This document shows, in pieces, positions 35,201-49,169 of a stretch of 64,000 nucleotides of DNA. The position numbers and the translations under genes are program-made. The first letter of the stretch is position 1. Every line of letters begins with the position of its first letter. A model generated the notes under the pieces. The model ran no database searches, had not been told where the DNA came from, and saw nothing but the letters and a program-made list of their open reading frames with translations. This DNA comes from Takakia lepidozioides (Eukaryota > Plantae > Bryophyta). Location of the stretch: positions 49,910,001-49,974,000 of the forward strand of contig CM060731.1 in assembly GCA_030704615.1 (NCBI GenBank). Direction: 5' to 3'.

Positions 35201-38200
35201 GGAAAGGAGGACTGGATGAGGAGCAGGAAGCTACCCTATTTGCTGCACACCCAGAGTGGGAGCAGGTTGCAGAGATGCGGCTGGAAAGCCTAAGTTGTTT
35301 GAGAGGTATCTGCTGTGGTGTAGTGACAGCAACACCAACTGAAGAAGAAACCAGCATTTACCCATCACATTTCTATGAAGAAAGAGAAGGAGAAATAGAA
35401 ATCCTAGAAGAACCAGCCACTGTGAGCTTACAGGATGAAGTGGTGACTGGTTGGACAATCACAGCTGATGAGCAGGTGAGGGAAGTAAATGTGGGAACTA
35501 AAGAGGAACCGAGGATGGTGAAAGTAGGAGCTGATTTGGAGCCGGAATTCTTCGAAGAAGCTAAAAGCTTGTTCATCAAATACAGAGATGTATTTGCTTG
35601 GAGCTATGAGGATCTAAAAGGGATACCACCTGAAGTCTGTCAGCATAAGATTGAACTGGAACCAGGGTCAGTACCAATCAAGCAGGCGAGGTATAGAATG
35701 AATCCCAACTACGCATAGAAGGTTGGAGAAGAGATAAAGAAGTTGGCTGAGGCTAAGTTTATATACCCAATAGAGTATACAACTTGGTTGTCACCCATTG
35801 TTATAGTTCCCAAGAATAATGGCAAACTAAGAGTATGTGTGAACTATAAGAAGCTGAATGCTTGTACGAAGAAAGATCCTTTCCCTTTGCCATTCACAGA
35901 AGCAGTATTAGACACTGTGGCAGGCCATGAGATGTACTCATTCATGGATGGCTTCAGTGGTTATAATCAAGCGCAAGTGGCAGAAGAAGACCAAGGGAAA
36001 ACAGCTTTCATCACAGACTGGGGGGCTTATGCATACAAAGTCATGCCCTTGGACTTTGTAATGCACCCGCGACCTTTCAGAGAGTGATAAGTGAATCTTT
36101 TCATGAGTATCTGGATGATTTCATGCAGGTATTCTTGGATGATTTCAGTGTGTACAGCTCTAAGAGTGAGCACTTGCATAAATTGGAGTTATGTTTGGCC
36201 AGATGCAGGATGAGAGGTCTGGGCCTGAATCCAGAGAAGTGTACTTTCTGTGTGAACTCAGGGGTGCTTCTGGGACACATTGTGTGTAAGAAGGGACTCC
36301 TTGTGGATCCCAGAATGACAGAGTCCATTAAAGCCTCTCCACCACCAGTGAATGTTAAAAGTCTACGGAGATTCCTTGGGCAAACCAGTTATTACAGGAG
36401 ATTTGTCAAAAGGTATGCACAAATAGCAGCACCATTGAGCAAACTACTGAAGAAAGATGCAGTGTTTGCCTGGACAGCTGAATGTCAACAGACATTTGAG
36501 GAACTTACACTGTCAGTAACAACTACACCTGTGCTGATTAACCCTCACTGGCATGTAGTATTTCATGTTCACTGCGATGCATCAGGAGAAGCGTTGGGAG
36601 CGTGTTAGCCCAGAATGTTACAGGGAATATAGATTCACCTGTGTACTATGCTAGCCGGTTGATAAACAGTGCTGAGAGGAACTATAGCACAACGGAAAGA
36701 GAAGCATTGGCAATGATCTATGCAGTGAAGAAATTCAGGCATTACCTGTTGGGCAAGAAGTTTATGTTCTATGTGGATCACCAGGCTCTGATATACCTGG
36801 TAAACAAACCTCTGATAACGGAAGAATAGTAAGATGGTTGATAATCTTGCACGAGTTTGAGTTCGAGGTTGTTTACAAGCCTGGGAGACTGCATCTTGTG
36901 GCGGATCATTTGTCACGATTGTCAACAGGAGAACCAGCCACAGGAATAGATGATCAATTACCAGATGCGAGTCTCTTTGCAGTGGAGGTGCAGGGAAGTG
37001 CAGATGACTGGTTAGATTGGCAGTGGCCAATCAGATACTACTTTGCTCATGGTCAGTGCCCACCTAGTTATGGTAAGGAGCAGAAGAAGAGAATCGCTAT
37101 CAAAGCTGTACCTTATACTATGGTAGGAAGCAGAATGTATAAGTTAGGACATGATGGAGTACTAAAACGATGCTTGTACCACCATGAAGTAAATAAAGTT
37201 TTGGCGGAAGTTCATAAAGGAGTGGCTGGAGGTCATTTTGGAGAAGAGACTACCAGTAGAAAGATACTACTCGCAGGATACTGGTGGCCTACTTTGTTCA
37301 AAGATGTACACGAGTATTGTCAGAAGTGTGAAGAATGTCAGAGGCTAGGACCTTTGCAGAGATCTGGAAGGATGGCCTTGCATCCTACAATGCCTACGGA
37401 ACCATTTCAGAAATGGGGACTAGACTTTGTTGGACCAATGAACCCACCATCCAAGAATACACGAAACAGGTACATAATTACAGCCACTGATTATACTACA
37501 AAGTGGGTGGAAGCTAAAGCTTTGAGGGACAACACAACCAAGTCCACAACAAGGTTCCTGTACGAGAACATACTTACACGATTTGGCTGTCCCTTAGAAT
37601 TTATCAGTGATCAGGGAAGTCACTTCATGAATGAGACCATTGAGTTGTTGACTAAAGAGTTTATGATTGTGCATAGAAAGAGTACAACATATTACCCACA
37701 GGGTAATGGGCAGGCAGAGGCTACCAACAAAATACTACGTACTATCTTGACTAAGATAGTCAATGCAAACAGAACGGATTGGGATACAAAGCTGCTGACA
37801 GCTTTGTGGTCATACAGGACTTCATATAAAGTCACCACTAAGTATACACCATTCCAATTAGTTTATGGTATGGAAGCCTTACTTCCAGTGGAATTCCTGT
37901 TACCTACCATGAGAACGGAGTGGGGAAGAGAATGGAATTGCAAGACTCCATCAAGGTCAGGAAACATGAATTATACCATGTGGAAGAAGTACGTGCTGAT
38001 GCAGCTGATAATATGACCAGAATTCAGATGAAGCGAAAGGAACAGTTTGATGAAGGCAAGTTAAAGACTTTTAAGACGGGGGATTTGGTTCTATGGTTGC
38101 AGAAGAAAGGAAAGATTCAAGCTTCTAAGCTTAAATCACCATGGAAAGGACCTTATGTCATACAAAAGATGTATGATAACAACACCGCCATGTTACAAAC

Positions 38201-39299
38201 CATTAACAAAGAAATGCTGGGAAGAGTCAATGCCAATAAGTTGAAGGGGTACAATGGTATCCATGACAAACCCTTGCAGCATGATTTGCATGTTGAACCG
38301 CAAGAGCAGTCACGGGCTGCACCAGTGTTACGAACGGAGTATGGAGCACTTCTCGCTAGGCCCAACATATATGACCAGGGCGGCCAAAACAAACGTGACA
38401 CAGCTTATCACAGCCCATCAAGGCAAAGCACAGCCTATCACAGCCCATCACGACGTGACACAGCCTATCACAGCCCATCACGACGTGACATAGCCTATCA
38501 CAGCCCATCAAGGCAAAGCACAGCCTATCACAGCCTATCACAACGTGACACAGCCTATCACAGCCCATCACGACGTGACATAGCCTATCACAGCCCATCA
38601 AGGCAAAACACAGCCTATTACAGCCCAACACGGCGCAACACAGCCTATCACAACCTACCACGGCGTGTCACAGCCTATCACAGCTTACCACAGTGCATCA
38701 CAGCCTATCACAGCGTAACACAGTATGACACAGCCTGTCACAGTTCAACACAGCCTACTAAAGTTACACGATCCATAGAATCAGTGACAAGTGGACGCAT
38801 AATAACTTCAGGAAAATGGCTGACGGAAGAGAAAACGGAAATTACTTTAAAAATAGACACGTGGAGGTCAGAGCGCGACACACAGCCGAGAAGGAAGTAC
38901 AAGAACAGGTGTCAAAAAGAAAGAGGACAAGAACGGCCGTCAAAAGGGATGAAAGGCGGGCCCATTAATGAATACGGAAAAAGGGAAACGGAACGAACGA
39001 CAAGTACAGAAAAGCGGAATTCTTGTCACATGTGTGATCCTAGTGGACTATCCAACAGGGAAAGTCCACTAAAGAAAATAAAATCTAAAATCCAGTCACA
39101 ACGGATACAGCCAATAGAAAACCAGAGAAAGGATCAAGAAAATGGAGGGAAATTGAGCGCAAGAGGCGGCGTCGTTCTGAGTAACGGGCGTCTCGACGGG
39201 ACAGACCATCAATGCTATAGCTTGGAAACTATGGAGGAACTAACAGACTATACGCTCGCAATATTACTTACGCAGTGGCATAGACACGAAAGGACATAG
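32266..39299 (+). pseudogene. Gag-Pol of Ty3 copy 2 (frameshifts, TAG at 35716)
   Basis: Collinear with 11973-18879 and carries the same motifs. Confidence 0.93.
38396..38756 (+). repeat. Internal CACAGCC array, 12 x 30-bp units
   Basis: TAYHSPxRxx-type decapeptide x12, versus x8 in copy 1. Confidence 0.95.
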
Positions 39300-39446
39300 C
39301 GGAGCTTTTCTCTTGAGCGATGCTTGCAAGCCCCGCAGGCTTACAAGAAATTACCCATAGCTTTCTGCGGCAACCATATGTTTATGCTTTGTGCACTACA
39401 GGCATTCCTGCAGTTGTTACAGCCAAAACAGTTCTGTGAGTCTAAA

Positions 39447-42400
39447 ATGAAGAGAGTAAGAGGAATGGAGGAAATCAGGGTGAAGAGCACCACAATTCTG
39501 CAGAAACAAACAATTGCTACCCCACAGGCGATACAGTTACTGGAGGAGCTGAGATTGCAAGGATTGCAAAGCCTAGATTGGACATTACACCATAGACAGT
39601 ACATGTTACAATTTTTGCAGAACTTTGAGCCAAGGGCAGGAACAACAACGGTGAAGGGAGTTGAATTGATGATTACTCCCCTATACCTCCAGCAATTGTT
39701 TCGATTGCCAGCAGGTCAGGTGCATGTGGGGGAACACAGGGCAAGACTGCAAATATGGGACTTATTCCAAGAAGGGAGTTTCTTTAAAACTCAGGGTTAT
39801 GCTTGTACCAAGGCTGTGTACCCAGGGCTAAAAGAGGTAGGCCAGGTATTGAACGTTCTGATTGCCATGAAACAGAACCAACAGTATTTGAGCAGATCCT
39901 TCACGGAGGAAATACTCAAAGGCCTGAAGGGACAAGAGGTACAATGGGCGGACATAATGTACAACGCACTGGTAGAGGAGATGAAAAGATTACAAGGTAC
40001 TACCGCAAAGTCTCCTATCATAGTGTCTGGCCCAATCATTGCTCAAATAATCCTTGATTCTGGCATACTTGATGCGCAAGAAAGAAAGGAAATGGGAGTG
40101 TTTGAGCCAGAAACAACTGCAATGGAAGAGCAAGGCTCTTCACACAGTGAGGGTGGACTAGCAGGGCAACCTGAGACTAAGAGGCAGAGACGGGGAAAGA
40201 CTGTAGTGGCGGATCCACTGGCTTCACGGATTCCGCATGATAATGTTTCCCAAGCTCATGGCCAGGAAGGGGCACAGCAGCACAGAGAAATGCTATTACT
40301 GGAAGCAGGACCTTCAGAGAGGGAGGAGGAAGTTACTTCTGTATCACAACCATCACAGCCAGCTGATCGACTTGTCACAAGGTCACAAGTTATCCATGCA
40401 GCTCAACCAAAATAATTGATTTGGAAAGAGAAGGGTTAGATATTCCAACTACAGAACAGATAGTGGCAGAAATGGAGAAGGGGGACCTTCTCTATGAATA
40501 TTCTGGTCTGGTCAAGGAGACAGAGATCCCAGAGGTGCAACAGTTGCCCAAGGGAAATCCTGAGGTGCATATAATACACACACCTGTGTCGGAGGTACCA
40601 CAGGCGGAAGGTCATGACACTGTAGCACCGGTGATAGATGAAGTAGTTCAGGAAGAAAATCCGGTGGGACAATGGCCTGAATGGTTAGTGAGACATCACA
40701 CTGTTGAAGATCAGGAGGAACAGCAGCAACCTCACCATGATGACCCTCAACAGGCAATGCTGATGAGTTCCATAGGCAGGACAATTAATTTGTTGGGGAC
40801 TTATGTCAAATCCCATGTTCCAATTACCCAATTGACAGCCTTGAGAGAGGAACTCAGGAAGGAGTTTGAGGCTCGACTAGCCACTGAGTGTGCAAACAAG
40901 GTCGATGAAGAGGTCACTCTCAAGATGAAGCAGGACTTGGGAAATACAGAAATGGCTTTGCAATTGGCCAAGGAACAATTGATTGAGGCAGGCCTCGCGC
41001 AAGACCAGTTGCACGAAGCACATAAGCAACAGCTATACCAAATGCAGGTGCAGCATGAAAGCAAGTTGCAAGAAGTAAATGCACTACATACGGAGTTGCA
41101 AACAGTGCATGACAGGATGGCGATACAATGTGCTACATTCACAACTATGCTTGACCAATCTACAAAAGAAATAAACAGTCAAGCGGAAAAATGTACGAAG
41201 GCAGAAGAAGAGAATGTTGAGCAAATGAAGCTCATTGTCGATATGAAGAATACAATCTGTCGAAATGAAGATACTTTCAAGCAATACAGGCAGATTGAAG
41301 CTGATCAAGAGAAGCACATCGTGGAGTTGCAACAAACCATCATGGCCAATAGAAATGAAATCGCGGTCAATAACAAGGCTTGGAAGGAAGCCAATAATTT
41401 ACTTGCTGCTTATGCGCAATTGGTTGAACCTTAGGCGAAGCGCATGGAGGCTTTACAACAACAGTTGGAATTGTACAAGCTAAGAGAGGAGCAAACTCTC
41501 AGGGGAACCACAAGCAACTTGGTGGATAACAGCCTTATGCAGGTCTGGTCAGCACAAGGGCCAGTAGAGGGCAAAGCACCACGAAAGCTCACCCAAAGCG
41601 AGATGAATGAGCTCAGGCTGTAGGTGCATAACATTACCACAACTACTATAGACAATGTCTATAGTAGGATAGCAGAGTTACAAGAGGATGTAGACGGACT
41701 GCAGACTCAAGTAGAAGACCTCACTTCAAACATCGACAAAAGAGTCTATATCCCTCAGGAACAGCTAATGGCTTCTTATTTACAAGCCAGAACTTTGGCT
41801 TTTCAGTCTTCACAGGAGGTGCAGGAGATGCCAATGATACAAGAGCCAGTACCACCACCACCACAACAAGTCACTATACCAGTAGCTGAACCTGTGGTTA
41901 CTACAACCTCACCACAGCCACCACAGCCGGAGGTATGGGGCAATGCCGCTTTTAACCCACCTAAAACTCCAGCTGCAAGGGAGTACAGTAGGGCTATGAT
42001 TATGCCCTTCAACCAAATTCCCATCATGTTGGATTTGGCTTGGAAAGAATTTAGTCCTCCGCAGTCATTCGCACATTACTACCAAATCATGCGTATTTGG
42101 CTGCCAGTGGCAACTAGGACTAAAGTTCTTCCGAACAATCGACATATTGAAGATCATCACTTTGCACAAGGTAGCAAGTATTGTCATGGGATGTGGGTTA
42201 TACTACGCTGCTTGTTTTCTGGTACGTTACCACATTGAGCAACAAAAGATGCAAACACGCTTTCTGAGTTATTCCAGTGGAGATCATTGGGTATTACCTT
42301 CGGTGCCACCTCATATGTACCTATATGACCCAAAAGTTATGATGCAAAAGGATTCTCAAATTCGTTCATGGTTTCAAGCGGTCTGGAACCATTTGTCAAC

Positions 42401-42914
42401 ACAGAAATTCGGCATTGATGACATTTTCTATAAGGGACATGTGGCATGGAAATACTTGCACGCTGCACCAGTAATTGGTACCCCACTCACCTGGACAGAC
42501 AAGGAGCTCAGTGTCTACACCAATTTTGCTGTTCAGCGGTTATACCAAGTTGTAAAATACAAACTTCCAGACATGGTAGGACAGCATTGTATGCCCCAGA
42601 TGATTCCACAAAAAGTTCGAAAATTAAAACACCTGAGAAGCGATGAGGATTCTGATACAATTGTTTCTTCACCAAATTCTTTTGACATGGGAGAAGACTA
42701 TGCAGTTCAAATGGCAGAGAAGAAGCGAAGGGGGTCTCCTATGCCGGAAATGTTACCTCCATATCAGCCTCCAGAGGGCCTCACTTATCCAGGTAGTGAT
42801 CAACCATCTCCGTCAACCAGAGACAGACCTCGGGCTCGTACACACAGTCCGCCACGAAACTCTCAACGTCAAAAAGGTGCTCACTCACAAAGGTTTGCTA
42901 GTCGAAATCAGTAA
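39447..42914 (+). pseudogene. Accessory ORF3, copy 2 (two CAG>TAG stops, frameshift, ~80-bp deletion)
   Basis: Collinear with 19043-22588; stops at 41432 and 41621; deletion at ~42169. Confidence 0.75.
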
Positions 42915-44775
42915 ACCGTGAGGACACGGCTTTTTGAGGGGGGAAGGGGTAATGTTAGAGGACTGTCGGGGACTTAGACATTTATACGGGATCTGTAGGG
43001 TACCCTTAATTTTTGCACAGACTGAGATTAACAGGAGCCTTAGGGGTGACAGCAGCGCACTGTAGAGGGGGGTTACACAGCCCGTCACAGTCGTCACAGC
43101 CGACACAGCCAACACAGCCCGTCACAGTCGTCACAGTCGTCACAGCCATCACAGCCAACACAGTCGTCACAGCCATCACAGCCAACACAGCTCGTCACAG
43201 TCGTCACAGCAGACACAGCCGACACAGCCAACACAGCCCGTCACAGTCGGCACAGCCACACAGCCAGTCACAGCCCGACACAGCCAACACAGTCGCACAG
43301 CCAGTCACAGCCCGTCACAGTTTCACACAGCCAGTCACAGCTTGACACAGCTGTCACGATCATAGGGAACGAAGAGTGGTTGTGGGTGTATACGGTGTAT
43401 GTTCCATGTCACCCACCATGCTATAAAAAGGATAAATGGGTCAACCGCTTATGTATGTAATGTGTGGGTACATGGGGACTTTGGAGTCATTGGGTATCCA
43501 GTATCCACCTCCCAGTTAGAAGGGAACCTCCCACAAACACAAGGCAATGGCCCTTGGGAATGAAGTTAGTTGTGCACAAGTTAGTCACAATGTAAGTAAG
43601 TCTTGCTTGGGCAACAGTCCTCCTCCTTCTTTGAAAGAAAAGAACTGCCAAATTTCTTCACAGGGTAATGGATCAAGACTGTTGGGCGTTTGCAGTCATT
43701 TGCTCTTGCGCTGAGGGGGGGTAGTTTGTATGAAGGAACATTTCTTTATTCGACCCAGACCTAAAGTCATGTATGCAGCAGAAAAATGAGCCTGCATGGC
43801 TGCAGGACTGTCCAGACAGTACAGATTTGGCGACAGAAGTAGATCACTGCTTCGATGGATTGCAGGCCAAATCCCACATATTTTAACAGAACAGTGTCAC
43901 TTGGAACATGAGTGCCATGTGAAGTCTGACGTGCTGACGGATTGGGATGAGAGATTCTTTTGGCCTCTACTTTAGTCATATCTCGTCTTGTTTGGGGCAT
44001 CACCCAGAGAAGTCAGGGATGAACTTCAACAAAACGTTCCCACATCAGTAGTAGTTCTCATCTGTCGAATTGCCACATCAGCAACAATGGGATTCGAGGT
44101 ACCTTACCTTCCAGTATATATTCCAAGATATGGACTAACTAGCTTTTGTTTACAAGCACCACCACACTCTCTTTGAGAAGTGTCTGTATGGTTCTAGGGC
44201 AACCTGATCGACAATTCTTCTGTATGAGCTTGCACTCATACTGTACTTTTATGATACACATCGCCCTGCCCATCCTGGATTTTTTGGGCCCATGTTGGGA
44301 CAATCCCGCTGAAGGAAGGGAGTATTAAGTGTTTACAGGTTGCTTAAATGTAACTCGCTGCCAAAGATCCTGACCCTTGTATATGTATTGTAGCCGAGAT
44401 GACTAAACTGTTCGAAATACTGTACACGGCTCATAGCATGGGTGCCCACGGATACTTCATCTTGTATAAGTCCACCGTCTACCTTGAACCTGCAAAACAA
44501 GAAAAAATTAGCACCCAAAAACTACACAGGTCTCACTTTCCAAGTGCGAGCCCCGAGATTCCCTCAACGAACTATGTAAGAGGTAGCTGAAACATAGTAC
44601 TCAACATGATGCACCGCTCACTATTGACAGTATGCGAATACAAACTCAGACGTGGTGTATGCACCGAAGATAGCTCAGATTGGCTCAAAAGTGGACGTCA
44701 TGAGAACAAATCGATGCCAAAGGTATGCAAGAGAATACCGGAGTGTTCCTCGTGAACATCTTTCTGTGACAGGCA

Positions 44776-45279
44776 TCACGTCGACACTTCTTCAATGCTC
44801 GCCAATCCCGGTTGCCAAGTCATTGCCTTTTTCACTACTGGTCTGCTCTGATGCTTTTGTTTCTTCATCGAATCCCTTGCAGAGCCTTCCGATAATATCC
44901 GGCTGAAATGCTTCTGTGATATAACGAACTTGGTAGTCCCACTAGTTCTCGATCTGCTTGGCGGGGCATCCACCTGCAGCAGGGAGGAAGTCTCAGTGTC
45001 ATCTGAAGAAGAGCGACGCACTGTCTGAACGTCGGGAAGAGGGAGGAGAAAGTAGATGTCTCCAGGTCTCAGGATGCAATGAAGCGGCAAAATCTTGCCC
45101 TGTTGCATAAGCAGAAGCGCATTGGAGTGGCAGACAAAGTGATTAGGAAATCCTGCGACCAAGTCTGCAACACGGATTCTGTGATAGAAAGTAAGAACAG
45201 TTCCATCCGCTCGCAAAACTATCACAGCGTCCCTAGTCGCAACTCCCCTTCCGGCGCCGCACATAGCAGCGTTGCCCAT
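44776..45279 (-). CDS. DUF4228 / PADRE domain protein, single exon
   Basis: MGNAAMC start (N-myristoylation type), VIVLRADG..FYHRIRVADLVAGFPNHFVCHS, LRPGDIYFLLP and C-terminal WQPGLASIEE. Confidence 0.9.
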   Translation of the reverse strand: MGNAAMCGAGRGVATRDAVIVLRADGTVLTFYHRIRVADLVAGFPNHFVCHSNALLLMQQGKILPLHCILRPGDIYFLLPLPDVQTVRRSSSDDTETSSLLQVDAPPSRSRTSGTTKFVISQKHFSRILSEGSARDSMKKQKHQSRPVVKKAMTWQPGLASIEEVST

Positions 45280-46168
45280 GTCAGCAAAACCCAAGCGCCT
45301 TCCCGCCCAACACCTTCACCACCTCCCAACACTCAAAGAGACCAAACGTCCACTCAGCTCCAAAGTGTGTCCACCACCTCCAAATCCACCTCACACTACT
45401 CCCACTTCAAACTCTCTCTCGTAGTCAATACAGAACGCCCTGCTGAGAGCTGAAACTGACTGCCAGACAGGAGTCAGCTCCGAACAAGCACACCCTCCAA
45501 AACCATCGCACTCAGCAGAAAACCATCGCAACTAGCTGAACAACCTAGCTCCCTCCGGATTGAAGTCTATGCCAAGACAGAACACTAAGGATCAGCTCCA
45601 ACCACGCTGCGCTGCAATCTGCAGATGAGGTCGGCGAGAAGGTCTGCGAGAAGGCGGCAGAGCATGGCAGGCAGTAATGGCACCTTTTATTCGGCTCTCC
45701 GCACGTGCCAACCACACTGGACCGGTCCGGTCCACCCCGGTGGCGGGGCGGCGCACGGCCCCGGCGGCCGCCGACTTCATCCACGATTCACTCGGTCATC
45801 CATCAATCCTTATCTATCCGTCAGAAGCTTCATCCATACCCGTTTGTCTGCCATCCATCCACGGCTTCAATCAATGGCCGGGAAACATTTTTGAAAACTT
45901 TTTTCTATTTACAGTTGGCATAATCTGCTTATGATGTATTTGTGCCACTTTGAGTTCGCAAGTGTGGAAGTGGACAGGATAATCTACAAATAGTCCAGGG
46001 CTCAAATCTTGCTAATTTATTATCTGGTGTACTCTATTTACGGGCAGGCCTCACAAGAAAAACAGATGGATGAAAACATGGGTGGATGGATGAACAAAGC
46101 AGGGTGGTGATGGATGTAGGAGGCAGGGAAGGCGCGAGGGCTGCTGCAGAGCTTTGGTGATCGCGGCT

Positions 46169-48660
46169 ATGGAGCAGCACGCCACCGCGTTCGACCCTGT
46201 AAGGACTCTGCTCTCTCTTGTATCTCTCGCAGAATAGAAATCGCAGAACAGAAATTGAGAGGTATGGCCTCCAATGTTTACTGGGAAAAAATATTTCCGG
46301 CAGGCAATGCCGGATCATCACTGACCTCTTAGAAGCATAGTGCAATGGAAGGTAGTTATTTGTTCTTAGAATGGACAATACAGTAAACTGGAAAACTCGC
46401 AGCTTAGACAGTGATTGTTTGTGTTCATCTGTCATTTTCTCGTCTCCCCAGCTACCTGGAATCTTCACAACAGGCAATGTAGATGTGAATTGCGGCCGGT
46501 CGCGGGTTTAGGTCCTGGAGCCTGACAGGAAACTGGTTTTATGTGGGAGTGGAGTCCAAATCTTACCCAACTTTCGGGGGATTTTTTCACAAAAGAGGAA
46601 TGATGTATTGCGGTAATCGAACCTTGAACATTCTGTCATATGTGCCTCGCTAAGCCTTAGATGTTATTTGCTTCTGTCACACATATCAATCCCCATGACA
46701 GTGTCACTCCTGAGGGAGTTCGGAGGCCCTATAGTTTCAGGGAACTACGCAGGTAATGCCAAGGAGGCCAGGCCAGCCTGTTTGCACACATAGAGGCAAT
46801 TGTCTTGCCTTTCCCTCCCGCGTCTCTCTCACTGCCCTTGGTGATTGCATTGCAGGATATCATCCATGAAATTTTCAAGCTCGTTTGGATCGAATCTTCG
46901 AGAGGTCTGTGTTCCATTATTCTGAGGTTCTGTGCTCTTACTACGAAGGGTTTGCAGGATTTCGACCTGCGATCAGTTTTTTCCAAGTAAATGTTGCACT
47001 TCATATTATAAACTCTGCTCCCTCAGGAAGCCTGAGGGAGCAGATCGTCCAGAATGTATGCATATCATTCTCGAGAATATGTATTGCAATTTCCCGGGTG
47101 TCCTCTGACCCTCATAAGGGTGCTACACCTCACTCCTGTGGGTTACTGGGAACGCATTTTGGTCAACCCTGCTTTTTTGTTGTTACGATGTCTGGGTATT
47201 GAAAGAAATTTGGAGCTGCATCCAATTCAGGACACTAGTTTGCAACACCCCTTAGGAGCTTCTACCTATATACTTTCCCTTTCTGTCAGTTTTTTGAAGT
47301 CCGCATTTCTTTCTGGCAGAACCGTCAAAGGAAGACTCCGAGGACATTGACGGTGAGGTAGGGTTGATTGTGCCCTTGAGAGATTCTTTTCAATTCTTTT
47401 GTACATATATGTTCACAACTAGCTAGAGTAACCTCAACAATGGGATGCCAGTGGGTGTGGGTAGGCTATGGAACTTTCATACTGAGACTGGTCAATGGCT
47501 ACAGACTAAGGCATCCAGTGTCATAAGACATAGCTACATCAATCCCGAAGCCAATTGACTCCCCAAGCAGCCTGTGTCATGATGAAATCATTGTGTAAAG
47601 GTCTCACCCCTTGTGTACATTTGCATCAGGCACATTTATTACTTTCCGTCCATTGGCCCTCTCTCTGGAGTCTGCTGTTCATCTCGGGACGCTCTTGCTT
47701 TCCTCTAATCCTGCTCAGAATAGCCCTGCTGTCTAAGCAACCCTGTTGTACCACAGGCTGGAGCTGGTGGAGCTTCCAAGAAGAGTCGTGCTACCCGTGG
47801 TAAGTTTGCTGGTCCTGAAAATTTGCTACCTGTGAGTGGTGCTGCAAAGGCCCACAACCACACTGTTGCTCTGTTAAACATGCTGCACACCAGGAGATCA
47901 TGTGGTCCCAATTGCTTATTGGTGGTTTTGTACATAGCTGTAAATATGTAGATCATAAAAGGTTATCAGTGTGCATCCCAAAGTGCGCTACCTTGCTCAG
48001 TCATCAAGTGAATAGTGCCTTGTTGAACTTTTCTGCAGCCTTACTTTGGTCACATTGTGTGTGTGGCTGTTGGCTGCAGCAAATGCAAATGCGTTGAACC
48101 TTAGCTGTGGACTTCTCCGCCTTTTTGTTTGCGGTAAGTTGACATTCTCACCTTTCAAGTACTGAATTCTCCCATGGAGGTTGTGTCATCTTTTTTTGGA
48201 AGGGAAGGGAGCAAATAGGGACTTTGTAAATTGGACAAATCTGATAGTATTACAGTGCTTTTAAAGATTTCATGCCAACACAGTCAACTAGTGTACCAAC
48301 AAAAAGACTTAAAATGCCACAAAATTTCTAAAGAGACCTTATGCAGCTGCTCACCAAAGCGCCCCCCCCACCTCGCTGCTGCCCCAAGTTTTTCTTTTAA
48401 TTGCTCACTCTGGACTCTCATGGTGGGGTTGAAAGACACTGTTCTAGACTTCGGGAATTTGGTAACCACAACTCCACATTATCCAATCTAATCACAGTAA
48501 CATCAAAGATAATGAGTTATATGAACTTCACTGAATAGTAAACTTGGAGGTGATAGAGGCAGTGCAGAGGGCCGCATTTCTCGCTGAAGCTGAAGGGTTG
48601 AAGAAGATCGAGGGTTCTCACTTGGAGAGGATCCTACCGCAACTGCTACTCGATTTCTAG
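46169..48660 (+). CDS. MHF2: MHF2 / CENP-X histone-fold protein, 6 exons: 46169-46198, 46856-46904, 47320-47357, 47757-47799, 48080-48133, 48557-48660
   Basis: GT-AG introns with consistent phases give MEQHATAFDP-DIIHEIFKLVWIESSR-EPSKEDSEDIDGE-AGAGGASKKSRATR-ANANALNLSCGLLRLFVC-EAVQRAAFLAEAEGLKKIEGSHLERILPQLLLDF*, matching the plant MHF2 signature. Not visible in the ORF track. Confidence 0.92.
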
Positions 48661-49169
48661 GGTGGTGATGGTAGGAGGGTTACATACTTCGAGACTTGGA
48701 GCATGTAGGCGAACTAAAATACTCTTCAACTTCTTACGAGATTGTTCCCTTGGAAGATGGGCGCCTTCTTATGTTGTGAACTGAGGACCTTTGTTGCCTG
48801 TTCAATCTTCCCTATACACTAAACCCACTGCGGGTATGTAGTGGCCTATGTGGGAACAAGGATGCATTCCTTAGTGGGTAGAAAGTAGAAAGACCGAAGT
48901 GCCACTAGATTTAGGGCAATATGCTTGTCCAGGATATATGTTCACCTCTCAGAAAAGCTATGACTGCCTATTGCAGATGGCTACATTGAGTTTAAATCAA
49001 TGGACCACAGAAACATCCACAAATTGAAGGCGAAATTCAATTTAGCTATCAAAGTTATTCGTTAAGTCCAGGGGATGCACAGTGAGTTCGGCTAGTTTGG
49101 TCAAAAGATAGGGTGAACAGGTGGCAGCGGGCCCACACAATACAAGCGAGATAAAGAGGGGGCCAAACT

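Larger units (their letters stand above)
30657..43377 (+). mobile_element. Ty3/gypsy copy 2 of the same family, 3' LTR truncated
   Basis: 5' LTR 30657-31656, PBS, ORF0, gag-pol, ORF3 and PPT present. 3' LTR 42953-43377 stops after ...GAAGAGT; no TSD. Confidence 0.95.

Noticed and set aside
42160-42180. ~80-bp gap in copy 2 ORF3 as a spliced-out intron
   Set aside because: The missing segment lacks GT-AG ends and shifts frame; it fits a microhomology (CAA) deletion.
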